Shown: positions 40,167-50,443, counted from the first letter of the stretch. The stretch is DNA of 64,000 nt from an uncultured Nitrospiraceae bacterium (GCA_964412455.1 CAYPOT010000001.1:2173-66172); one strand, 5' to 3'. Numbers and translations: made by a program. The notes: a model not told the origin generated them from the letters alone.

Positions 40167-41110
40167 CCGCCACGTGCAGGATCTGCAATACCAGCGCGGA
40201 CCACCCCGAATATACGGTTCGGGAAATGATGATGGGGACCGGAGAACCGTTCACCTATTTTCAGTGCGAACGTTGCCACTGTCTCCAGATCGCGGAATTC
40301 CCGCGGGAGATCGCAAGATACTATCCGGCAAACTACTACAGTTTTTCAACGACCTCGCGGGACAAAACAGGGAATCGGGTCCTCAAATGGGTCCGCAGGA
40401 TCAGGAATGCCAGTTCGGTGTGTGAAAAGGGGTTCGGGAACGGCCTGATCAGGAAATTGTTCCCGAATAAAAAACTGCTTCCCCTGATGCGGCTGGGCCT
40501 TACCCCCGCGTCCCGGATCCTTGACGTGGGATGCGGAGCAGGATGGCGGCTCTACGCCTTGCGGGAATCCGGCTTTCCCAACACGCTGGGAGTCGATCCC
40601 TACTTGGAGCACGACCTCACGTACGCGAACGGCCTGCAGGTCCTGAAGAGGACCGTGAACGAGGTGGAAGGCTTGTGGGACGTGGTCATGTTCCATCATT
40701 CCCTTGAGCATATTCCCGGCCAGGCTGCCGCGCTCCGGGCTGCCGCCGGCCTCCTGCGTCCCGGCGGTACATGCCTGATCAGGGTACCGGTCGCATCTTC
40801 GTACGCGTGGGAGTTCTACCGCGAACATTGGTACCAGATCGACGCACCGAGGCACTTTTATCTGCACTCCTATGAGAGCATGAGGCGGTTGGCGGAACAA
40901 TGCGGATTGGTGCTGCGGTCGACGGAGTGTGATTCAACCCTCGATCAATTCAGGACCAGCGAACTGTACAAGCAAGGACTCCGGTCCTTCAGGGAGGCTG
41001 GGTTCGACCGGACGCAGAAGACCGAGTGGAAGCGCCGCGCCGAGAAATTGAACCAGGAAGGCCGGGGAGACCAGGCAGTCTTCTATTTAGAAAAATCCGG
41101 GACGAACTGA
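40163..41110 (+). CDS. class I SAM-dependent methyltransferase with an N-terminal Cys4 zinc ribbon
   Basis: 'CRICNTS...CERCHC' is followed by the SAM motif I 'ILDVGCGAGW'. Its ATG overlaps the lipA stop as ATGA. Confidence 0.7.
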   Translation: MTATCRICNTSADHPEYTVREMMMGTGEPFTYFQCERCHCLQIAEFPREIARYYPANYYSFSTTSRDKTGNRVLKWVRRIRNASSVCEKGFGNGLIRKLFPNKKLLPLMRLGLTPASRILDVGCGAGWRLYALRESGFPNTLGVDPYLEHDLTYANGLQVLKRTVNEVEGLWDVVMFHHSLEHIPGQAAALRAAAGLLRPGGTCLIRVPVASSYAWEFYREHWYQIDAPRHFYLHSYESMRRLAEQCGLVLRSTECDSTLDQFRTSELYKQGLRSFREAGFDRTQKTEWKRRAEKLNQEGRGDQAVFYLEKSGTN

Positions 41111-41167
41111 ACCAGTTCGCGCGGTCACGATCAAGGATATTTGATATTTTAAGTAGGGGAGACAACA

Positions 41168-41872
41168 ATGACGAAAGAACAGTACCGCACGCTGACCAGA
41201 AATATCCGCAAACCTTTCAACCGCTATTTTGCGGTCCGGCGGCTCAGGAAGTTCCATGAACAGCCGCGGTCCCTGGATGAGGTCATTCAGTGGGCAATGA
41301 ACTTCGGCAGCAGCGGCTTCTATCGGGTGAGGACATCGCAGATGCCGTCAGAGATACTGGCGCTCGCCGGGGCCGTCGCAGAACTGAAGCCCGAGATCAT
41401 CCTCGAGATCGGCACCGCCCGCGGCGGAACCCTGCTCATCTGGTCGCAGCTGGCGTCACAACAGGTGATCACCTGTGACATCGATGACCTCCGCGAGAAG
41501 GAGGCGTTTCTCAAGTCATTTCCACCGTCCGGATCATCATGTCGGGTGACGCTGCTTCGCGGAGACTCTCACACATCCGCCTTTAAAGACCGTGTTGCGC
41601 GACAGCTCGACGGAAAGAAGGCCGATTTCCTTTTCATCGACGGAGATCACACGGAAGAAGGTGTTACCGCGGATTATACGGGGTATCGCGAGTTCGTCAG
41701 GCCAGGTGGCATCATCGCATTTCACGATATTGTAGAGTCGCAGCCATTCCCCACGAACCAGGTATACAACCTCTGGAAGCGCATTCGCCTCGAACAGCAG
41801 ACGGAGGAGTTCATCCAGGACCCCGCTCAGAGCGGATTCGGTATAGGCATTGTCAGGGTGCCGATTGGATAG
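41168..41872 (+). CDS. class I SAM-dependent O-methyltransferase (CmcI/TylF-like)
   Basis: 'ILEIGTARGGTLLIW' and 'FLFIDGDHTEEGV' are typical of the Methyltransf_24 / macrocin-O-MT family, which often act on deoxysugars. Confidence 0.65.
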   Translation: MTKEQYRTLTRNIRKPFNRYFAVRRLRKFHEQPRSLDEVIQWAMNFGSSGFYRVRTSQMPSEILALAGAVAELKPEIILEIGTARGGTLLIWSQLASQQVITCDIDDLREKEAFLKSFPPSGSSCRVTLLRGDSHTSAFKDRVARQLDGKKADFLFIDGDHTEEGVTADYTGYREFVRPGGIIAFHDIVESQPFPTNQVYNLWKRIRLEQQTEEFIQDPAQSGFGIGIVRVPIG

Positions 41873-41894
41873 CACTGGGACAGGCGAAGGAAGA

Positions 41895-42758
41895 ATGAGA
41901 ATCACGGTCATTGTACCCACCTACAACAGACCTCGGGCGCTCGCGCTGTGCCTGCGAAGCCTAGCGATGCAGAGCCTGCTTCCCGACGAGGTCATGATCG
42001 CCGACGATGGAAGCGGTCCGGAGACGAAAGAGACGATCCAGATGATGACCGGCGAATTGAAGGATGGTTTTCCCATACGCCACGTATGGCAGGAGGACAT
42101 CGGATTTCGGAAGCCAAAGATCCTGAACGAGACGGTCCGGCAGTCCACCGGTGACTACCTGATATTCATTGACGGTGATTCCATGGCGCACCGGGACTTT
42201 GTCCTTTCCCATGTCGGGATGAGCGCGCCATTCTCAATATTGAGCGGCAAGCGGGCTGAGATCGGCAGGCGTTTGACGGATCGGATGACGAAGAAGGGGC
42301 GGCCCATTGTGTCATTGAGGCCGGTCCTGGTATGGGACGCGGTGTTCGGCGGCGAGAAAAAATCCCGGAAGGTAGAAGAAGCAATTCGCATCGAGAACGT
42401 TCTGCTGCGCAGGATGCTGCACCGGGACCGGATCACCGATGACGGGGTCTGGGGATGCAATTTCAGCCTCTATAAGGAACTGTTCTACGCTATCAACGGT
42501 TGCGACGAGGATTTTGTAGACGGATCGATCGAGGACAATGATCTTGGCATACGGGTGTTGAACCAGGGTGGGAAGTTGAGGTCAGTCAGAAATTATGCAA
42601 TCATATTTCATCTCTGGCATAAATCATCATGGAACTTCCAAAATGAAAAGTATTTGCACAATATGGCGATCATGCATAGACGCATGGAGAACAATGAAAA
42701 GCAATGCAGGAACGGCATCCGGAGGCTGGAGAGGACGGACGAAGTGAAGAAAGGGTAA
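41895..42758 (+). CDS. family 2 glycosyltransferase
   Basis: 'ITVIVPTYNRP' and 'IADDGSGPET ... FIDGDSM' (DxD) form a GT-A fold signature. Confidence 0.8.
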   Translation: MRITVIVPTYNRPRALALCLRSLAMQSLLPDEVMIADDGSGPETKETIQMMTGELKDGFPIRHVWQEDIGFRKPKILNETVRQSTGDYLIFIDGDSMAHRDFVLSHVGMSAPFSILSGKRAEIGRRLTDRMTKKGRPIVSLRPVLVWDAVFGGEKKSRKVEEAIRIENVLLRRMLHRDRITDDGVWGCNFSLYKELFYAINGCDEDFVDGSIEDNDLGIRVLNQGGKLRSVRNYAIIFHLWHKSSWNFQNEKYLHNMAIMHRRMENNEKQCRNGIRRLERTDEVKKG

Positions 42759-42903
42759 GGGGCGGCTAAAGAACAGGATGCTCGACCTCTATATGAGCAA
42801 TAGAATTCGAAGCAACTTTGATTTGACATAATATACATTATCAGACTATATAGTATTTAAATCATATTGTTATAATATAGCGTGTAACGCATTGATATAT
42901 TGG

Positions 42904-43740
42904 TTATAATTTAACGCTTATGATACCTATCATTCTATTCGAATCCTCGAATCCTTCCTGTGACTTGTGAATGAACTGAGTTCCCAGTGAAAGATTAAAC
43001 CGTTCGTTGACCAGGCGTAATCCATAGGTCACTGCGCTGAAATCCGCGCCATCAACCGACATGATGTCTTTTCCCTTGCGGTGATTATACTCGATGATCA
43101 TTTGCAGGTTCCTGTATTTGCTTATGGGAAACACAATTCCTGCATTTGCCTGTGAGTAGCTGTCCCTGAACTCTTTATCAGACTGGTCCTGGACCGCGAC
43201 CTGCCCGTCGGCGAAGATGCCGATAATATGGTCTTCCCATATGAGCTCACTGCCCAGGGATATTCCCAGACGTCCGCCCCAATGAATGATACTGTTCATC
43301 CCCGCAAGTCTATCACCCGTCGGGAATACACCGGTCAGGATCAGTGCAATGCCCGGTATGCCGCTGAATTCGGACTGCGGTCTGACATTCCATTTATAGG
43401 ACAGCTCCGTATCACCCATGCCACGGGATATTTGATCAGGGTCCTCGTTCACATAATAAAACGCGCTTTTTAGGGCGATCTCGCTGTTATGAGAAAGCCC
43501 CAGACCGATCGTCATGGGATATGCCGTTGCCGTGTAATTAGGAATGAGACTGCTCTCGGAAAGGGCCATAATGCCTATTTCCAGGGAGTTCGGCGGCAGC
43601 GTGAACGGTGAGGTCGTTACGAGAAGCCCGGTCATTCCCGAGGTATTGACCGGCCGATTGACGATCTCCAGTTCTTCTGAGTGAAGAGCCGCGGGCAAGA
43701 GAAAAGCAATGATGATCGGGAGAAGCAGAATGTGTCGCAT
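42904..43740 (-). CDS. putative outer-membrane beta-barrel protein (MetA/phenol-degradation-like transporter family?)
   Basis: A signal peptide MRHILLLPIIIAFLLPAALHS is followed by alternating amphipathic strands and a C-terminal aromatic residue. The family assignment is tentative. Confidence 0.5.
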   Translation of the reverse strand: MRHILLLPIIIAFLLPAALHSEELEIVNRPVNTSGMTGLLVTTSPFTLPPNSLEIGIMALSESSLIPNYTATAYPMTIGLGLSHNSEIALKSAFYYVNEDPDQISRGMGDTELSYKWNVRPQSEFSGIPGIALILTGVFPTGDRLAGMNSIIHWGGRLGISLGSELIWEDHIIGIFADGQVAVQDQSDKEFRDSYSQANAGIVFPISKYRNLQMIIEYNHRKGKDIMSVDGADFSAVTYGLRLVNERFNLSLGTQFIHKSQEGFEDSNRMIGIISVKL

Positions 43741-43884
43741 AGTGAGTGAACTGTATCAATAAGACCGGATCGCGTCAAGAAAATTATGTCCTACGAAAGG
43801 AGGTCGTACTTGCTTGACAAAGAAGCCCCCCTCTTGGTATCTTTACGATACACGGTGGTGAATGATAAAAAAGGAGGGCTTGGT

Positions 43885-44238
43885 ATGAGAACAATTGTCA
43901 TGAGTGCAGTCGCGGTTTTTATCGCATGGACCATGGTCAGTGTTGTTTTTGCAGCGAAGCATGAAGCGACGGCGGACAAGGGCAAGGTAATGTTCAACGA
44001 CACGAAGCTTGGTGCGAACGGAAAAACGTGTAATGACTGCCACAAGGATGGAGCCGGACTGGAGAAGGCCGGTGTAAAAAAAGGCGTGGAAACGATGGTG
44101 AACACCTGCATCACCAAGGCATTGAACGGCAAGGCCCTGAAGAAAAAATCCATGGAGATGCAGTCGCTGGTGCTGTATATAAAAAGCCTCGGCAGTGAGA
44201 AAAAACCGGTCAAAAAAAAGGCGCCGGTTGGCTGCTGA
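43885..44238 (+). CDS. small mono-haem c-type cytochrome (class I)
   Basis: A signal peptide, then one 'CNDCH' haem-binding motif and a downstream Met ligand candidate. ATG at 43885 follows AAGGAGGG. Confidence 0.7.
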   Translation: MRTIVMSAVAVFIAWTMVSVVFAAKHEATADKGKVMFNDTKLGANGKTCNDCHKDGAGLEKAGVKKGVETMVNTCITKALNGKALKKKSMEMQSLVLYIKSLGSEKKPVKKKAPVGC

Positions 44239-44266
44239 AACCACCCGGGAGTTAACAGCAGACAGA

Positions 44267-44304
44267 AACCCCTTTGCTTGATCATGAGCAAAGGGGTTTT
44301 TATT
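44267..44304. terminator. bidirectional rho-independent terminator between the cytochrome c gene and bioD
   Basis: AACCCCTTTGCT-tgatcatg-AGCAAAGGGGTT forms a 12-bp stem, followed by TTTTAT. It is flanked by A-runs on the other strand. Confidence 0.5.
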
Positions 44305-44974
44305 TCAACGTCAACAGATACCGCATAATAGTCTTTACGTCCTTTTTTCCATATTTGACATGACCGATGATCGGGACGCCGGACAGGCGTTCTATGACCG
44401 GCGGGCCTGTTTGTTCCGCCAGTCCGGGTCTTTTCTGCGAGCTGTGGTTGATCACGATCCCCGCGATGCGCAGCCCGCGGGAACGAAGTGCCATGATGGT
44501 CAAAAGCGTATGATTGATCGTGCCCAGCCCGGGTCGCGCAACAACGAGTACCGGCAGATCCAGGACCCCGGCAAGGTCCAGGTACTGGCGGCTGTTGGTC
44601 AACGGTACCATGATGCCGCCTGCCCCTTCTACTACCATACAGGCGTGTTTCCGGGCAAGCGTACGGAAGGCCGAAACGATCCTTTTGATATCGATCTGTT
44701 TCCCTTCACGAGCCGCGGCGACGGCCGGCGCGAGAGGAGCGCGGAACCGGTAGGGATTCACGAGGTCCAGCGGATCGTCCACACCTCCCGCCTTTATCAG
44801 CTTCAATGCGTCACGCGGCACCAGGATACCGTTACGGATCACGCATCCTGTTTCAGCGGGTTTCATCACGCCGACGTTGATCCCTTGTTCGCGCAAGGCC
44901 GTTGCAAGGCCGGAGCCGACAAAGGTCTTTCCCACTCCCGTATCCGTCCCGGTAATAAAAATGCCTTTCATCAT
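44300..44974 (-). CDS. bioD: dethiobiotin synthetase
   Basis: P-loop 'GTDTGVGKT' and 'MKPAETG', with the BioD length. Confidence 0.85.
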   Translation of the reverse strand: MMKGIFITGTDTGVGKTFVGSGLATALREQGINVGVMKPAETGCVIRNGILVPRDALKLIKAGGVDDPLDLVNPYRFRAPLAPAVAAAREGKQIDIKRIVSAFRTLARKHACMVVEGAGGIMVPLTNSRQYLDLAGVLDLPVLVVARPGLGTINHTLLTIMALRSRGLRIAGIVINHSSQKRPGLAEQTGPPVIERLSGVPIIGHVKYGKKDVKTIMRYLLTLK

Positions 44975-45057
44975 AATAGTTCATTGCTCATGGTCATTGA
45001 CCTGTACGGATAATTACGAGACGATTGATAGCTATCACCTATGAGCTATGAGCTGCC

Positions 45058-45795
45058 TTATAATATCCTGCTGTCCAGATTGAATACCTGCCCTGACACA
45101 TGCTGCATAAGTGAAAGATGATAGATGAAATCCGCGACCTCTTCCTGAGTAGACGCCCTGCCGAGGGTATTCTCCTCGATGATCATGTTCCGCATAGAGT
45201 CGGAAACCGAGTTTCCCATCTCTGTCTCGAGAAAACCGGGGAGAACGGCATTTGCCTTGATGTTGAACCTTCCCAGTTCTTTTGCCGTCGTTCGGGTAAG
45301 TCCGATAAGACCTGCTTTCGCCGCAGAATAATTAGCCTGGCCCGCCCTTCCCTGCATGCCGGTCAGGGAAGCAAGGGAGATGATATGGCCGGTGCGCTGA
45401 CGCATCATGGCCTGGGAAACAGCGCGGATACACTGAAAGGGCCCTGTCAGGTTCGTCGCGATGACGTCGTCCCAGTCCTTCTCGGACATGCGGACGGCGA
45501 GGCCGTCACGGGTTATGCCGGCGTTGTTCACCAGGACATCGACCGTCCCCCACCGCTTCATGACCATGTCTATCATCGCATCGACCATTGTCCCCTGACG
45601 GACATCGGCCTGAATGGCCAGGGCCTCTCCACCCTGCTTTGTTATACTGTCAGCTACGGCAGCAGCGTCCAGACGCCGTTCTAGGTAATTTACCGCGACC
45701 CGCGCGCCTGCAAGGCCGAACCGCAGGGCAATCATCCTGCCGAGGCCGCGGGAAGCTCCGGTGACGATAATAACGCGGTTATCCCTTACAGTCAT
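45058..45795 (-). CDS. fabG: SDR-family 3-oxoacyl-ACP reductase-like protein embedded in the bio operon
   Basis: 'IVTGASRGLG' Rossmann motif, 'NNAG', and the catalytic 'YSAAK'. Confidence 0.8.
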   Translation of the reverse strand: MTVRDNRVIIVTGASRGLGRMIALRFGLAGARVAVNYLERRLDAAAVADSITKQGGEALAIQADVRQGTMVDAMIDMVMKRWGTVDVLVNNAGITRDGLAVRMSEKDWDDVIATNLTGPFQCIRAVSQAMMRQRTGHIISLASLTGMQGRAGQANYSAAKAGLIGLTRTTAKELGRFNIKANAVLPGFLETEMGNSVSDSMRNMIIEENTLGRASTQEEVADFIYHLSLMQHVSGQVFNLDSRIL

Positions 45796-46954
45796 GGGAG
45801 AAATACCCCTTTTCGTTCAATATCCTGAAGATCCTGACTGCCTGCTCAATATCTTCTTCCGAGTGCGTGGCCATGACCGTTGCCCTGAGCCGCGCGCTGC
45901 CGTCGGGGACGGTGGGCGGCCTGATGGCAGTAACGTAAATACCTTGTGCGAAGGCCGTTTGAGAGGCCTGAAGCGCCTGAGCGGAGCTTCCTACCAGGAG
46001 CGGGAAGATCGGGGTTTCCGACGGAGCGGTACTGACACCCAGGGACGCCAGACCATGGGCGAGGCGGTCCCTGTTGTCCCAAAGCCTTTCCCTGCGCCAG
46101 GGTTCCGCTTCCAGGACATCGAGGGCCGCGATCGATGCGGCGCAGACCGAAGGCGGAAGCGACGTGCTGAACAGGTAGCTTCTGCAGGTGTTCAATAGAT
46201 AGCGCACTATGTCCCGGGCGCCTGCAACATAGGCGCCGAACGACCCCAGGGCCTTCCCCAGGGTGCCCATCTGGATATGCACCCTGTCTTCCAGTCCGAA
46301 GTGTTCGGCGGTCCCCCTGCCCTTTTTGCCAAGGACGCCGGTGGCATGGGCATCATCGACCATCAGGATCGCATCATAGCGCTCGGCGAGCTTCACGAGG
46401 TCGGGGAGAGGCGCAATATCGCCGTCCATGCTGAAAACACCATCGGTGACGATGAGTTTCCGGGGCGCCGTCGTGTTCGATCGCAGAAGGGCTTCCAGGT
46501 GGTCCATGTCCCGATGCCGAAAGACCTCGGTCCTGGCCCTGCTCAGGCGGCAGCCGTCGATGATGCTCGCGTGGTTCAGCCTGTCGCTCAGGACAAGGTC
46601 TCCCTCTCCGGCAACGGCGGGGATGACACCGGTATTCGCTGCATAGCCGGAATTGAACAGGATCGCGGATTCCGCGCCTTTGAACGCGGCTATGCGGCGC
46701 TCCAGCTCTTCATGCAGTTCGGAGTTCCCGGAGATCAACCGTGCCGCGCCGGAGCCGAATCCATAGCGTTCCATGGCGTCGCAGGCTGCTTTCTTTAGCG
46801 CTGGATGTTCGGCAAGGCCGAGATAGTTGTTGGAGGACAGAAGGACGACCGGTTTCCCGTCAACCATCACCCGGGGGCCCTGGGCAGAATCAATATGGAC
46901 AAGGTTCCTCAGGAGGTGCTGTTGTTCTCTCTGTGCGAGGTCGTGCTCAAACAT
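45779..46954 (-). CDS. bioF: 8-amino-7-oxononanoate synthase
   Basis: A PLP fold type I alpha-oxoamine synthase: 'NNYLGL...' and the PLP lysine region 'GTLGKALG'. It overlaps the SDR gene by 17 nt. Confidence 0.88.
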   Translation of the reverse strand: MFEHDLAQREQQHLLRNLVHIDSAQGPRVMVDGKPVVLLSSNNYLGLAEHPALKKAACDAMERYGFGSGAARLISGNSELHEELERRIAAFKGAESAILFNSGYAANTGVIPAVAGEGDLVLSDRLNHASIIDGCRLSRARTEVFRHRDMDHLEALLRSNTTAPRKLIVTDGVFSMDGDIAPLPDLVKLAERYDAILMVDDAHATGVLGKKGRGTAEHFGLEDRVHIQMGTLGKALGSFGAYVAGARDIVRYLLNTCRSYLFSTSLPPSVCAASIAALDVLEAEPWRRERLWDNRDRLAHGLASLGVSTAPSETPIFPLLVGSSAQALQASQTAFAQGIYVTAIRPPTVPDGSARLRATVMATHSEEDIEQAVRIFRILNEKGYFSHDCKG

Positions 46955-47780
46955 GGCGGTTGCTCGTTCCGTCCGGTATGAGGGCCGAAAGGTCGCTGAT
47001 CTGACCGCAACTGCCGATGCGGGTAATGATCACCGGTTCCTCCTGGAGGTACGAGAGCAGTGCATTCAGATCGAATCCTTCGCGCTTGACGAAAAATGCC
47101 CGTCCACCTGTTGTCCGGCCTTTTTCCTTCATGAACGGAAAACGCACATACCCGGTCGGGAGCGAGGACACGTATCCGGCGGAATAATCAGGATCGTCCG
47201 ACCAGCAGAGCTCGGCGATCACACCTGGAGCATGAGCTACCTTTGTGGCGAGCGACAGGGCCTCCCGGGTCCGGAAATGCGTGAGGCCTGTCTCCGTCAG
47301 CTCGTGGTGGATGGCGGCGCAGGCCTCGCTGCTCCAATCGAACCGGGAAACACGGACCCCGCGCTCCCGGTCGGGTTCGAGCCGTTCTCCGGTCACGGCA
47401 TCCATGAGCATCGCGCCCCGCATGATGCCTCCCGACGGCGCCGGACCGCGGTCAAGAAGCTGAAAGGCGCTCTCACTGGCAGCGGGCGATACCCCTGCCG
47501 TTAAGAGGACCTGCCTGCTTGCATTCCAACATGAGGCGACATCAGGTGAGGCAACCGCCGTAAGGTCAAGGGCCTGAATGGTCCGGATAAAGGCGCCCTG
47601 AAGCGAGTCGATGGTCACCACAACATGATCGGGGTCTATTCCCTTTCCCCGGGCGCGCTCGACGAGTTCCTGCACCGTGCCGGCGATCTGTTCGGCGGGG
47701 ACCAGACGCTCGGCTCCGGAGAGGTGCCTTTCTCCTGTCGATGCCCGCATACGGATGCTGTAAAGGAATGGAGAGGTCAT
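46947..47780 (-). CDS. bioW: 6-carboxyhexanoate-CoA ligase (pimeloyl-CoA synthetase)
   Basis: 'YSIRMRAS', 'SGAERL', 'GVRVSRFDW' and 'VIAELCWSDDPDY' match conserved blocks of Bacillus BioW as I recall them. Confidence 0.75.
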   Translation of the reverse strand: MTSPFLYSIRMRASTGERHLSGAERLVPAEQIAGTVQELVERARGKGIDPDHVVVTIDSLQGAFIRTIQALDLTAVASPDVASCWNASRQVLLTAGVSPAASESAFQLLDRGPAPSGGIMRGAMLMDAVTGERLEPDRERGVRVSRFDWSSEACAAIHHELTETGLTHFRTREALSLATKVAHAPGVIAELCWSDDPDYSAGYVSSLPTGYVRFPFMKEKGRTTGGRAFFVKREGFDLNALLSYLQEEPVIITRIGSCGQISDLSALIPDGTSNRHV

Positions 47781-48769
47781 GCCGGTAGAATGGAAAGACC
47801 AAGCTTTTTGATCATCCGGAGGTCGCTCTCCGGATCGAGCCCGGTCCTGGTAAGATAGTTTCCGATCATGAAGCCATCTGCCCCCGCCTCAAAGATCCGG
47901 GGATGAAGATCTCCCAATACCGATCCTCTGCCGCCGCATACACGGATCTCCCTGTCCGGAAGGACCATCCGGAACAGGGCGATGGCATGAAGCGCTTCGA
48001 GAGGAGCAATCGGCGTCACCTTGTCCATCGGCGTTCCCATGATCGGCATCAGAAAGTTGAGGGGGACCGATTCGACGTCCAGTTCCTTCAAAGAGAACGC
48101 CATGCTGACACGGTCCCGCATGGTTTCGCCCATACCCAGGATCCCGCCGCTACAGGCCGAAAGGCCGATCGAGCGGGCATGGCGCAAAAGATCCGCGCGA
48201 TCATCAAAGGTATGGGTCGTGCATATGTTCGGGAAGAACTCCCGGGAGGTCTCAATGTTGTGGTGATAGCGATCAAGACCCGCGTCCTTGAGATACCGGA
48301 GCTGGTCATGGGTGAGCGTCCCCAGGGTGGCGCAGGGCGAAAGGCCTGCATCACGGACCCGCTTAATGCCACGGGCTATGTTCCGCAGGTCCGCGTCGTC
48401 GTCGATGCCGCGTCCGCTGGTCACGATGCAGAACCGGCGGGCTCCGTTCTTTCTGGCCCCCCGGGCGGCCTCATCCATCCGGTCCACATCGATAAGCGGA
48501 TAGACCGGCGAATCGGTGGAATAATGGGACGACTGCGCGCAGAAGCGGCAGTCCTCGCCGCAGGCGCCGGATTTCGCGTTGACGATAGAGCAAATGTCCA
48601 CGGAGGAACCGCGGTAGTGCTCCCTGACGCGGTTGGCCGCTATGAATAGCTCAGCGAGGTCGGTCCCGGCGCACTCCGAAAGTGCAAGGGCCTCAGCAAT
48701 ATCGATCCTGCCGCCGCTTAATATCTTGTCCGACGCTGAATCGATCTTTGTTCGTAACGATGCGCTCAT
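47777..48769 (-). CDS. bioB: biotin synthase
   Basis: Radical SAM 'CGEDCRFCAQ' and the BioB C-terminal cluster residues. Confidence 0.9.
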   Translation of the reverse strand: MSASLRTKIDSASDKILSGGRIDIAEALALSECAGTDLAELFIAANRVREHYRGSSVDICSIVNAKSGACGEDCRFCAQSSHYSTDSPVYPLIDVDRMDEAARGARKNGARRFCIVTSGRGIDDDADLRNIARGIKRVRDAGLSPCATLGTLTHDQLRYLKDAGLDRYHHNIETSREFFPNICTTHTFDDRADLLRHARSIGLSACSGGILGMGETMRDRVSMAFSLKELDVESVPLNFLMPIMGTPMDKVTPIAPLEALHAIALFRMVLPDREIRVCGGRGSVLGDLHPRIFEAGADGFMIGNYLTRTGLDPESDLRMIKKLGLSILPA

Positions 48770-49009
48770 AGAGTATTGTTGTACCTGATGGAGGTTCTAT
48801 TGTCAACCATAAATGGATAGCAGGTTGACATAGGGTCTCGTTTCACCAAATGCGGGTCAGTATTCTGGCAGGGATCGCATCAGGCGAGAAGCAAAGAACA
48901 GCGATAGAACATGAAGACACTGAAGAAGCGGATCAACTGACGATGCATGCGGATAATCAGTGAAACCTGTTCGTGTTAAATGCCGTTTCCAGAGTTAATG
49001 CTATTGCGA

Positions 49010-50443
49010 TCAGCTCAGGCCGTCGATCACCTTCCGGACCTGCTCTTCCATGAGGCTCCGGATGGCCTGGAGCGATGCCTGGTCAACAGCTTCAAAGCGC
49101 ATGACCAGAACAGGCTGGGTGTTGGACGCCCGTATGAGACCCCACCCTTTCTCATAGACGGCACGGATCCCGTCAACGGTTATTACTTCACGGACCGGAA
49201 GGGATATCTTCCCGGGAGCTGCGTAGATATGCTGGACCTGCTCAACGACCTTGAACTTGAGAGCGTCGGGACAGTCGAAGCGTATCTCGGGCGTATTGAA
49301 GGTCTTCGGAAGATCAGCGAGGAGGGAGCTCATGAGTACCTTCATCTTTTTCTGCGTGCGCGTCTTCTTCAGGAGTTCCACGACTCTGCAGGCGGCATAG
49401 ATCGCGTCGTCATAGCCGAAATACCGGTCAGCGAAGAAGATGTGGCCGCTCATTTCGCCGGCCAGCACAGCGCCGGTCTCCTTCATCTTCGCCTTGATAA
49501 GCGAATGACCGGTCTTCCACATGATGGCATTGCCGCCGCGCGACCGGATATCGTCATACATGGTCTGGGAACACTTGACCTCGGACACGAACGTGGCTCC
49601 CGGCCTATCGAGCAGGATGTCACGGGAGAACAGGACCATGAGCTGATCGCCCCAGAGAACGGTCCCCTGCTCATCGACGACACCTATGCGGTCGGAGTCG
49701 CCATCAAAAGCCACGCCGAAATCCGCGTGCTCTTTTTTGACCGTGCTGATGAGGGCCTCGAGGTTCTTCGGGATCGTCGGATCGGGGTGATGATTGGGAA
49801 AGCGTCCGTCAGGCTCGGAGAACAGCTCGGTCACCTCGCACCCCATGGAGCGGATCACTTCCGGCGCTGCAAGTCCGGCGGTGCCGTTCCCGCTGTCAAG
49901 CACGACCTTGAGCGGTATATCATGAAATTCCTTGAACAAACCTTTCAGGTGGCCGGCATAGTCAGGTAGTATAGAATGTTGCCGTACTTGTCCGTTCACT
50001 CCTGACTTCTGGTTCCTGATTCCTGACTCCTGTATTGATTGCATGATGGCGCGCAATTTCTGGATCTCTTCCCCGTAGATTGTCTCCTTGCCGACACAGA
50101 GCTTGAACCCGTTGAACTCTGCGGGATTATGGCTGCCGGTGATCATGATGCCGCCGCCAGGCTTCAGGTGATACAGGGAAAAGTAAAGGGCCGGCGTGGG
50201 ACAGAGGCCGATGTCGATCACATCGACACCCGATGCGGTCAGTCCGCGGGCGAGAGCGTCCCGGAGCCGGGGCGAGCTGAGGCGGGCATCATAGCCTATC
50301 GTGACGGTCGTGACGCCCGACGGCCTGAGGTACTGGGCGAAGGCCTTGCCCAGCATCTCTATGACCGGGTCAATAAGGTCCCGGTCGGCAATGCCACGGA
50401 TGTCGTATTCGCGAAAAATGTCAGGATTAAAAGAATAGGTCAT
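49010..50443 (-). CDS. manB: phosphomannomutase/phosphoglucomutase
   Basis: Active-site 'TGSHNPAEFNGFK', the Mg-binding 'FDGDSDR', and the 'GEMSGH' sugar loop. Confidence 0.85.
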   Translation of the reverse strand: MTYSFNPDIFREYDIRGIADRDLIDPVIEMLGKAFAQYLRPSGVTTVTIGYDARLSSPRLRDALARGLTASGVDVIDIGLCPTPALYFSLYHLKPGGGIMITGSHNPAEFNGFKLCVGKETIYGEEIQKLRAIMQSIQESGIRNQKSGVNGQVRQHSILPDYAGHLKGLFKEFHDIPLKVVLDSGNGTAGLAAPEVIRSMGCEVTELFSEPDGRFPNHHPDPTIPKNLEALISTVKKEHADFGVAFDGDSDRIGVVDEQGTVLWGDQLMVLFSRDILLDRPGATFVSEVKCSQTMYDDIRSRGGNAIMWKTGHSLIKAKMKETGAVLAGEMSGHIFFADRYFGYDDAIYAACRVVELLKKTRTQKKMKVLMSSLLADLPKTFNTPEIRFDCPDALKFKVVEQVQHIYAAPGKISLPVREVITVDGIRAVYEKGWGLIRASNTQPVLVMRFEAVDQASLQAIRSLMEEQVRKVIDGLS

